Source: Paenibacillus sp. (lineage in GTDB: Bacteria > Bacillota > Bacilli > Paenibacillales > Paenibacillaceae). Taken from it: a stretch of DNA of 64,000 nucleotides. The stretch's first letter is position 1; every line of letters begins with the position of its first letter. The translations under genes were made by a program, and so were the position numbers. A model generated the notes under the pieces. That model searched no databases and was not told the DNA's origin. It saw only the letters and a list, made by a program, of their open reading frames with translations. Of this stretch, positions 29,401-35,655 are shown one piece after another. The stretch lies in contig JAILZT010000001.1 of the NCBI GenBank assembly GCA_023512345.1, positions 290,084 through 354,083 on the forward strand, in the 5' to 3' direction.

Positions 29401-30101
29401 CTTGGCTGAATTACACGATTTCGGGTACCGGAGTACCATTCATAGAAACCGCTGCTAAGCGTATAAGTTCCAGCCTGAAGCGCTTTCATTTTATACACAA
29501 TATCATTGCTCGCAGGATCAACCCGCAGCCCGACCATCCATATGGACGGATCCGTCGCAGGATCCGTATGTCCACCGTCTTTGGAGTTCTTCACCTTGTT
29601 GATGGAATCATCAAAGCCCCAGTCAGTTGTTCCACTGACATACCTTTGATCGGGAAACTGATTAATCAAATCATTGCCGGTCAGTGTTTTTACCGCTTCG
29701 TACAGCGGTGAGGAAGTCGCAACATTGCCTACAGAGTCGCCACCTCTGCCGCTGTCCACAAAGTAAACGAGCGGATTGCTGGAGGGAGGAATGACTTCCA
29801 CACTAGCAGTGACCGGCTCGTTGTTTGCGGTTCCAGTGACTGCCACTGTATCATAAGGCACGGCAAAGGTATCTTGGTCAATATTCCAGTTTACAGCTGC
29901 GGGCTGGCCGCCAATTGTAACACTGTCTGGCAAAGTAGTATCTTCTGCCGTTGTCGCCCCCATGTAGGCGGCTGCATATACCGTATTTACGGTGGCCGCA
30001 GACGCTGACGGCAGACTGAGTGCCGGAAACATACCAGCCACGAGTGCAGTACTCATTAACACTGAGAATAGCCTTTTTTTAACGTGGTGTTTTCTGTTCA
30101 T
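23475..30101 (-). CDS. 2208-aa secreted, S-layer-homology-anchored multidomain glycoside hydrolase (GH59-like catalytic domain)
   Basis: Signal peptide (..ALSLPSASA|A). Residues ~315-720 align by eye with human galactocerebrosidase GH59 motifs: LLMDYKAEHPEAYKEMLQILFGG..HVKIEMGNDRNNSTGPDP, VWNSEAQATF, RDPWSGWIHYDAGLVILQHFSRFANIGW. It also has two Ig-plus-beta-sandwich modules, a LamG-like domain, a FIVAR-like helix, two DUF5011-like Ig repeats, a Pro/Thr linker and three C-terminal SLH repeats. Confidence 0.85.
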   Translation of the reverse strand: MNRKHHVKKRLFSVLMSTALVAGMFPALSLPSASAATVNTVYAAAYMGATTAEDTTLPDSVTIGGQPAAVNWNIDQDTFAVPYDTVAVTGTANNEPVTASVEVIPPSSNPLVYFVDSGRGGDSVGNVATSSPLYEAVKTLTGNDLINQFPDQRYVSGTTDWGFDDSINKVKNSKDGGHTDPATDPSIWMVGLRVDPASNDIVYKMKALQAGTYTLSSGFYEWYSGTRNRVIQPRIEYMDTSGATKTISFAQFDTNATKFISGEFIIPGDIDTSSPMTLTYAYVSGEKPILSWFAVAKGGIKQAIDDARQTAVSTVKVLLDGNNIQTDNVNGLTFKGFGVLSANSTSALLMDYKAEHPEAYKEMLQILFGGEHPIMTHVKIEMGNDRNNSTGPDPATMRTADEEANVTRHPGFQLAADAKAVNPDLKVSILRWNAPAWANNNDKIYTWYKKTILAAYRQYGYMADYVNPYINEHAPDLAWTKQYAERVKTDSEGFSSTEERELYNRIKSVISDEVGIGSFGASMVSDASLREAVPVAAYHYNTEDDSAGNFKKLAEQYDIEVWNSEAQATFSNSSFRPNNNMKDPTVAGTGIGGIGGPLEMGNTIVKGFVNSRRTHFIYQPAIGSFYEGGQYSFKELLSMRDPWSGWIHYDAGLVILQHFSRFANIGWENEDNSAGIWRAVPQASYTGASGTNPVSGRNGTPSYITLAAPDKKDFSTVIVNDSEYSKIYKLQTVNMGYTDNPSMEVWETRAADAGEAFNSNYMQYLGDVTADVSGVYTVKVKPYSTVTVSTLKNKDKEEYNTPLPVEGERTVLDTDAAGEGHSIGDNILYADDFDYAGRTVVKIGAGGQENGTQSYIESRGGSQSAMPRYTHDRNGAFEAYLPEGSDNYVLRQQLDTGIMGLGGTWNGGDPVTAIGDNRWTNYKASVDVSFETNNTQGGANYAAIGARYQGGGSSQSITGTPYVLKFWCDGGWQLLVNNSAVASGNAVSGSGGAKIDGFNTAFDAWHNIAVQVAGDRVTAYLDNVKLTSYTDPNPKMSGRVDLASGYYHVRFDNLKVEKVDAYAPYYSELLDNLEMFDLAAVPSANLTYSGSWSHTNGAGMYIYQRSQSTSQAVNAEMEYTFEGTGLDILGPNSGSAKLEVTVDGRVTALSADTIAAKELYQTFVLRGLKYGQHQVKIKVISGTLVVDAVAVVSGKVTGAADTSALQAVVAAAKVVTRQDDYLDRDWELFADAQGAAQEALDHPVQYRLDQEGAAQLEARLTSALNQLTTGDIRELAAPQDTATYMGKLPKLPAMLEATREDGTKVQVSVKWNLEAVSFNTPYERVAVTGTYGSLKTIAYVEVVPAGLVYFLDTGVSADGVTPSYTAIKNSVGDSLLNNKADQLSTGNTVWGHTNTGTNYNLKGLGGAVVATDKTQTGVYSSNTKNTPLIYTLPLSAGKYTITSYHRDWWNNTSRTMDITLSYADTEGKAVSETVRSGLVAGSNGVMINYDFTLPVGGTVKYSVNNTFSQAPLISYLAVARDMVSVANEQAANEAKSIIEGATYNVKKEIANSEEAVQTWLLQTIGELPGFSATGVTMGDIILSPFQEATDDTDGSFTFIVSLSKGEAKADSTASGTITLPVPDTVQPVITLNGDAIVNLPVGSEYTDAGSTAYDDVDGDITDRITTTVSSEVYGLTTIDVAKADIYTLHYNVSDAAGNPAVEVTRKVVVALDPDVTKPVITLLGEPSVQLKNGANYTDTGATAADDRDGDITERIVATITKNGETVLTLDTSAAGTYRYHYNVTDSAGNSAVEVIRTLTVGEVDQPPVVTPTPTPAPTEAPVSTVAPAPAVTQTPTPLPQTIKVLGLNDFTAPVGGVITVELAEATESVLLPVGLSGITGENALRLAFNTIAVDLTPEVLKNIQEKVIGGQTEGARIKLSAVKSAKAHMEQLMNNPAVNGSVQLSAASDLIHFSLEVIAADGTAVTVTAFDKPLKLTFTVDPAANRSLLGVYYIAANGGPEYMGGTLTEEKMSVEIIHLSQYVVLEYDKMFSDVSSDNWASDVIKSMAAKHIIEGISNTEFNPQGEVTRAQFAAMITRALSLKAVSLSTFVDVNSKSWYAEAVAAVNEAGIVFGRSEDAFAPNERITREEMAVMIVRAYEYLQGSKTSETAAISFSDYSQIHDWAKNASGIAEQAGLIKGRGNKQFAPQETMTRAESAQVISNLLGSL
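23478..24014 (-). other. three SLH (S-layer homology) repeats, last 179 aa of the giant protein
   Basis: FSDVSSDNWASDVIKSMAAKHIIEG...EVTRAQFAAMITRAL; FVDVNSKSWYAEAVAAVNEAGIVFG...ITREEMAVMIVRAY; FSDYSQIHDWAKNASGIAEQAGLIKG...MTRAESAQVISNLL. Confidence 0.9.
24702..25229 (-). repeat. tandem DUF5011-like Ig repeats (aa ~1625-1710 and ~1716-1800), protein-level repeat
   Basis: QPVITLNGDAIVNLPVGSEYTDAGSTAYDDVDGDITDRI...YTLHYNVSDAAGNPAVEVTRKVVV compared with KPVITLLGEPSVQLKNGANYTDTGATAADDRDGDITERI...YRYHYNVTDSAGNSAVEVIRTLTV. Confidence 0.8.
27942..29159 (-). other. GH59-like (galactocerebrosidase-type) catalytic region of the giant protein (aa ~315-720)
   Basis: Motif-level similarity to GALC recalled from memory. 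Boundaries are approximate. Confidence 0.6.
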
Positions 30102-30243
30102 CCCTTTATCCTCCTTCGTTGCTCTAAGTACCTCACCCTTTAAGTAAGCGTATTTATCTCGTTGTTAGGTGAATAATTAGTCGCCTTAGACAGACCTTCG
30201 ACAATCATTTACACATACATCGATATTTCAGCATCCTACTTAT

Positions 30244-30282
30244 AAAAAACCTGGCAGAATGCTAAAAGATGCAACTGCCAGG
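30244..30282 (-). terminator. rho-independent terminator after the sugar ABC operon
   Basis: The minus strand reads CCTGGCAG-loop-CTGCCAGG followed by TTTTTTAT, directly after the permease stop at 30295. Confidence 0.75.
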
Positions 30283-30294
30283 CCTAATACTGTT

Positions 30295-31134
30295 CTAGCC
30301 TTTAATCCCCGATGCTGCAACTCCTTGCACAAAGTACTTCTGCAGGGACAGGAATACAATAACAACAGGAATGATAGAAACTACACTTGCCGCCATAATC
30401 AAGCCGTACTCCGCAGAATATTGCGAAATGAACATTCTGAGTCCGATCTGAATGGTCTTGAGCTTCGTGTCGGTCAAATAAATCATTGGCCCCAGGAAGT
30501 CATTCCAAGTCGCGACGAAGGTGAAGATCGTAAGTGTGGACAATGCCGGCTTGGACAGCGGCAGCATAATTCTTGCCCAGATTCCGTATTCACTGAGTCC
30601 GTCGATACGGGCTGCCTCACATAATTCATCCGGAACTCCCTGATAGAATTGACGCATCATGAAAACTCCGAAAGCCGAGAATGCCTGCAACAGAATGATT
30701 GCCAGATGGGTATTGTTCAGTCCCAAGTAACGCATCAGAATAAATTGTGGTACCATGTATGCCTGCCAAGGGATCGCAATTGTGGCGATATACCCAAGGA
30801 AGATAACGTTCTTTCCTCTGAATTGCAGCTTGGAGAACGCATAGGCCGCAAAGCTTGAAGTCAGCAGTTGGAGAATGGTTACAATAATTGATAATTTCGC
30901 TGTATTAAAAATGAAGCGTCCCAGTGGAATCCGCGTCCAGATATCCATGAAATTCTCCCAGCGCGGATTCGACGGAATCCATTGCATTGGGAACGCGAAT
31001 ACATCCTTGTTAAGCTTAAGCGATGAGGACAACATCCATATATACGGTACAAGCATCGCCAGCACTGTCGCAAACAACAAAATATACACAAGCACTTTAG
31101 TGCCAATTATAATTCCTTTATTAGTACCAACCAT
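30295..31134 (-). CDS. carbohydrate ABC transporter permease (MalG/BPD_transp_1 type)
   Basis: 279-aa ORF with 6 TM segments and the EAA loop CEAARIDGLSEYGIWARIMLPLSKPAL. Confidence 0.9.
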   Translation of the reverse strand: MVGTNKGIIIGTKVLVYILLFATVLAMLVPYIWMLSSSLKLNKDVFAFPMQWIPSNPRWENFMDIWTRIPLGRFIFNTAKLSIIVTILQLLTSSFAAYAFSKLQFRGKNVIFLGYIATIAIPWQAYMVPQFILMRYLGLNNTHLAIILLQAFSAFGVFMMRQFYQGVPDELCEAARIDGLSEYGIWARIMLPLSKPALSTLTIFTFVATWNDFLGPMIYLTDTKLKTIQIGLRMFISQYSAEYGLIMAASVVSIIPVVIVFLSLQKYFVQGVAASGIKG

Positions 31135-31149
31135 ATCTTTTGAATCCTC

Positions 31150-32088
31150 CTATTGTCCGTATTTTTTCTCGCCGCGGAACTGGACGATGGTGATGCCAAG
31201 TACCAACAGAAACAATACAATGGCCATGGCACTGGCATATCCATAATCAAGCGAACGGAAGGCCGTATTGTAGATCTGATAAACCATAACCCTTGTAGAG
31301 TCGTTGAGCTGGTTATCGGCACCGGCAAATAGGTTGATAAAGATATCGTAGACTTTGAACGAATTGATGACCAGAATCATCAGAACAAAGAAGGATGTAG
31401 GCGCCAGCTGAGGGACTGTTACATTGCGGAATCTTCTCCACGGGCCTGCGCCATCCAGCTCAGCAGCCTCATACAGCTCAGGGTTAATTCCCTGCAATCC
31501 TGCCAGGTAGATGACCATGTAGTAACCCATGTTTTTCCACACTGTGAAAAGGATTACTGTGAACATTGCCCACTGCTTATCTGCTGCCCAGCGGGGAAGA
31601 TCCTCCAGCGGGATACCCGTAATGGTATGCAGAATATTGTTGATCGGGCCCATCGTAGGACTGAAGATAAAGTTCCATACCGCCGCAACGGCTACCAGAG
31701 ACGCTACATAAGGGAAGAAGAAGACGGTTCTCATGAAATTGCGGCCCAGAATCTTCTGATTAAGCAGAATAGCCAGTGCCAGCGCAACAATCATGGTAAG
31801 CGGTACAACTCCAACAGTGTAAACAATGGTGTTCCATAGTGCTTTGTGGAATGTTGTGTCTTTGAGAAGCCGCGCAAAATTGTCCAGTCCGATAAACTGC
31901 ATTGGATTGGCCCCGTCCCATTTCACAAATGCAAGGATAAAGGCAAAAATCATGGGTACCAGTGTAAACAGGGCAAATCCGATAAAGTTCGGCGCAATGA
32001 AGCTGTAAGCAATCAGGTTATCCCTGAGGCCTTTTGACATACGATTTTTAGGGCTCTTATTTGTACGCAATATGGTTTCGTTCTGCAT
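31150..32088 (-). CDS. carbohydrate ABC transporter permease (MalF type)
   Basis: 312-aa ORF with the EAA loop YEAAELDGAGPWRRFRNVTVPQLAP. Confidence 0.9.
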   Translation of the reverse strand: MQNETILRTNKSPKNRMSKGLRDNLIAYSFIAPNFIGFALFTLVPMIFAFILAFVKWDGANPMQFIGLDNFARLLKDTTFHKALWNTIVYTVGVVPLTMIVALALAILLNQKILGRNFMRTVFFFPYVASLVAVAAVWNFIFSPTMGPINNILHTITGIPLEDLPRWAADKQWAMFTVILFTVWKNMGYYMVIYLAGLQGINPELYEAAELDGAGPWRRFRNVTVPQLAPTSFFVLMILVINSFKVYDIFINLFAGADNQLNDSTRVMVYQIYNTAFRSLDYGYASAMAIVLFLLVLGITIVQFRGEKKYGQ

Positions 32089-32179
32089 TCTTTCTCCTCC
32101 AAACCTTCTAAAACTCTATACTTTCTGATATAAAAGGCGGGCCTTCGCCCGCCCTTAGAATCTACCGTCTCTCTTCAGG

Positions 32180-33523
32180 TTAATTGTTCAAGAGCAGCCC
32201 TACACGTTCATTCATATCCTTCAGACCTTCATCAATCGAAGCGTTCTTAGTCATAATATTATCGTGCGCTTCATTCAGAATAACCTCGATGTCCGCACTA
32301 CTTTGATGTATTGGCATTTCCAGATAGGTCTTAACCGTATTCAGTGCAGCTTTGCTGTTCTCATCAGCAGGGAAACCATCGATAGAGGTAATAGAATTAA
32401 TAACTTCATCATTCTTAATTGCCGGGATTGTTCCGGTAGAAGCAATGACTTTCGCGCCTTCTTCACCTGTTACGAAGTTCATGAAATCAAGTGCTGCTTC
32501 TTTATTTTTGGATTTCTGGTTTACAGCCAGGGAAGTAATTGTACCCAGTGTAGTACCGGCTTCTACACCGTCAGGGTGAGGGTATTTCACAATGCCCCAG
32601 TTCGTCGATTGGGACTCGCCGCTCTTCACTTTTTCAATCTGAGTGGCAATAAACCAGCTGCCCATGTTCATCATGGCAACGGAGTTGTTGTAGAATACGC
32701 CGGAGTAATGCGTGCTGGAAGTCTTCAGTGTAGCGTAATCCATAACGATACCGTCTTCCTGCTCTTTCAGGATCCGCTCATAGGTAGGCTTCAGGAAATC
32801 ATAGTTGCCATCGACAACCGTATTCTTGCCGTCAAGAATACCGAACAATTGAACCGCGCTCCGCCAAGTGTGGTAGTGGGCACCAGATACTTTTTCGGAA
32901 CCGCTGCCGGAGGTCATTTTTCTAGCCAGCTCATCATATTGGTCGAAGGTCATATCGTTGCTAGGATACTCCACACCTGCTTTGTCGAACAAAGCCTTGT
33001 TGTAATAAACGATCCAGAAATCACTGCGGAAAGGAAGCGCATACACTTCATCGTTAACTTCAATCTGTTCTACAGTACCGCCGTATACGGAAGGATCAAT
33101 GGATTTATCGGTCATGAATCCCTTAAGCGGTTCCAGGTGATTCTGTTTCACAAGGTTCGAGTAGCCGGGAATGTCTTTAATAGTAAGAACGTCCAGGTCT
33201 GCACCGCCGGAGAGCTGTGTGCTCAGCATCGTCATATAGTCAGTGGAACCAAGATCAACATACTCAATGGTTACGTTCGGATGTGCAGTTTTATAGGCAT
33301 CGATCAGCGGCTTGTAGTATGCGGTAGCTTCCCAATCCCACAGCGCCCACTTCAAAGTAACAGGCTCCACACTCGGTTCAGCGGAAGCGTTTGCAGCATT
33401 ACTCGCTGCGGGAGCAGTTGTTGCAGCAGCGCCTTCGTTCGTGTTATTACCGGAACATCCGGCCAGCATACTCACGGAGAGTACTGTGGCGAAGGTCATG
33501 CCATAGAATCTTTTTAAGTTCAT
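32180..33523 (-). CDS. extracellular sugar-binding lipoprotein (ABC family 1 SBP)
   Basis: 447-aa ORF with lipobox SMLAGCSG, a low-complexity Ala/Asn linker and typical SBP_bac_1 content. Confidence 0.9.
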   Translation of the reverse strand: MNLKRFYGMTFATVLSVSMLAGCSGNNTNEGAAATTAPAASNAANASAEPSVEPVTLKWALWDWEATAYYKPLIDAYKTAHPNVTIEYVDLGSTDYMTMLSTQLSGGADLDVLTIKDIPGYSNLVKQNHLEPLKGFMTDKSIDPSVYGGTVEQIEVNDEVYALPFRSDFWIVYYNKALFDKAGVEYPSNDMTFDQYDELARKMTSGSGSEKVSGAHYHTWRSAVQLFGILDGKNTVVDGNYDFLKPTYERILKEQEDGIVMDYATLKTSSTHYSGVFYNNSVAMMNMGSWFIATQIEKVKSGESQSTNWGIVKYPHPDGVEAGTTLGTITSLAVNQKSKNKEAALDFMNFVTGEEGAKVIASTGTIPAIKNDEVINSITSIDGFPADENSKAALNTVKTYLEMPIHQSSADIEVILNEAHDNIMTKNASIDEGLKDMNERVGLLLNN

Positions 33524-33852
33524 TTAAATATCCCCTTTTCCTTCTGATAGTCTAGCAATGACCAGTTCATCCGGCCTTAGTTCAAAGTTTAAGGCTTTCA
33601 CGATAGGATTGGGATGTATTATCAAACACAGATCATTCACTTTTCTGTGCTCTTCTCGTCCCCGCCCGTCTCAAACCTGTAATTTCCTATCTAAAACATG
33701 TAAAATTCTCAGCTTATATTCCTTCCTCTGTATTGAAATGCAGGATTATGCTATGGTGTTCATATAGTTATGCATGTTATTTATAGTAGAAAATTTCTGG
33801 AATGAACTCTATTTATGAAAACGTTTTATATGGATTCATATGATATAAAGGA

Positions 33853-35631
33853 GTGTTAACGACGGTTAGAAAATCCACCATTAAAAGCCGCATCATTCTG
33901 CTCATGGCCGTATTTGCACTGCTAATTGCCACGCTGCTGTCTTTTTTTAGCTATAAATTGATTACTTATTATCAGCGCAAAACAACAATCCAGTCGACCG
34001 AGTTCAACCTGCAGCTTGTTTCCCATATCATTGAACAGGATTTGATTAATCTGTCCGCTCTGGCGATGACCTGCAGCACCAACTCGTCCACCAATACCCT
34101 GCTCACGAATTATTTGACGTCGCTGAACCCGAGCCCTAAGGAAGCTGTTAATGTATTCAACTCAATGCAGGAGGATTTCCGGATCAACCGCTCCAACAGC
34201 TATGTCCGCCGCCTGATTGTAACCGACAACAACGGAAAGTTCCTGCAAGTGGATAACTCCGGCACGTCCGTTCCGCTTACTATTCACAATATCGGTCAAA
34301 TTACTGGCCTCAATAACGATACTGAGGAGAAATGGGATCAGATAATCAAAGACCCGCTCTCCAACACGAACGGAATTCCATTTGTTCTTCCTATTTACGG
34401 CAAAGGAGCTTCCCGGGTTGGAACGGTGTTCATGTTAGCCAATACCTCTGTGATTACCGACAAGCTGAAAGGGTACTCTCTGCCGAAGAATTCCCGGTTG
34501 CTGCTGACGCTTGGCAATCATCATTATCAACTCATCGGCGATCAGGTCACCGCCATTACAGAGTCGTATGAACCGGTGGCCTATACCAATGATAAGCCTG
34601 TAGGTCCTCACACCGAGCTGTCCATGATTAAGCTGGAAGAAGATAAGGAAAGTCATATCGTAGTATCTTATCCCGTTCGGAGCGGCGTGATTCTGTCGCA
34701 GACTTTATCGAATGACAGGTTCGCTCCTAAGACAAATATATGGATTCTGGTCATGCTTGGCGTTTGTCTTTTGGTTATCATCTTAAGCGCTATCATTACC
34801 CTGTATTTAACCCGTACCATTAGTCTTCCGGTGGAGAAACTAAAGAAGCGCATTGATAAGATTGCCCAGGGAAATTTCCTGCTGGACCGCAATATCGAAT
34901 GGAACAACGAACTCGGCGACATCGGACGTGGCATCAACCGCCTGTCCCAGGATATCGTTGCCCTCATGGACAGCCGGCTCGCTGACGAGAAGCAGAAGCA
35001 GGAGCTGGAGTACCGGATGCTGCAGAGTCAGATCAATCCCCATTTCCTGTACAATACACTGAATTCGATCAAATGGATGGCCACAATTCAGAACGCTACG
35101 GGTATTGCGGAAATGACGACCTCACTGTCCAGACTGCTCCGCAGCATCGCTAAAGACAATAGGAGACTGATGCCGCTGAAGGATGAGCTAAGCCTGCTCG
35201 ATGACTATTTCCTGATTCAGAAATACCGTTATGGCAGCAAAGTCTCCATGGTGAAGGAGATTGAGAACGAGGAATTGCTCACCGGCCTGATTCCGCGCTT
35301 CACGCTTCAGCCTTTGGTTGAGAATGCTATCTTCCATGGTATTGAGCCTAAGGGCAGAGGAGACATTCACATCACGGTATCCAAAAGTGGGTTCGCCGAT
35401 ATTCTTGTCACGATCGAAGACAATGGTGTCGGTATGAAGGAAGAGCAAATCTCCACTATTCTATCTGAGCCGGAGGACGAATCCAAGGGAATGCTGGAGA
35501 ATGTTGGACTTCGCAGCGTAAATGAACGTTTACAGCTGGCTTTTGGAGAGAATTACGGCCTATCCATTGAGAGTGAACTTGGCCATTACACTATAATGAA
35601 GCTGATTCTGCCCTTCTTGCAGAGAGAGTAG
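33853..35631 (+). CDS. sensor histidine kinase, YesM-like (two TM, HAMP, His_kinase/LytS-type, HATPase)
   Basis: 592-aa ORF with HAMP (LPVEKLKKRIDKIAQGNF), QSQINPHFLYNTLNSIKWMA, and ATPase N/G boxes (QPLVENAIFHG, IEDNGVGM). The GTG start abuts the SD, so the exact start is uncertain. Confidence 0.85.
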   Translation: MLTTVRKSTIKSRIILLMAVFALLIATLLSFFSYKLITYYQRKTTIQSTEFNLQLVSHIIEQDLINLSALAMTCSTNSSTNTLLTNYLTSLNPSPKEAVNVFNSMQEDFRINRSNSYVRRLIVTDNNGKFLQVDNSGTSVPLTIHNIGQITGLNNDTEEKWDQIIKDPLSNTNGIPFVLPIYGKGASRVGTVFMLANTSVITDKLKGYSLPKNSRLLLTLGNHHYQLIGDQVTAITESYEPVAYTNDKPVGPHTELSMIKLEEDKESHIVVSYPVRSGVILSQTLSNDRFAPKTNIWILVMLGVCLLVIILSAIITLYLTRTISLPVEKLKKRIDKIAQGNFLLDRNIEWNNELGDIGRGINRLSQDIVALMDSRLADEKQKQELEYRMLQSQINPHFLYNTLNSIKWMATIQNATGIAEMTTSLSRLLRSIAKDNRRLMPLKDELSLLDDYFLIQKYRYGSKVSMVKEIENEELLTGLIPRFTLQPLVENAIFHGIEPKGRGDIHITVSKSGFADILVTIEDNGVGMKEEQISTILSEPEDESKGMLENVGLRSVNERLQLAFGENYGLSIESELGHYTIMKLILPFLQRE

Positions 35632-35655
35632 CTTGACTAACTGAGCAAGGACGTG

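Noticed and set aside
32264-33517. 417-aa plus-strand ORF covering almost the entire sugar-binding-protein gene, which could be read as an overlapping antisense gene.
   Set aside because: It is in exact codon register opposite the minus-strand SBP gene. It stays open simply because that gene avoids TTA, CTA and TCA codons. The translation is low-complexity with no motifs, SD or promoter. The minus-strand product has a clear lipobox and SBP features.
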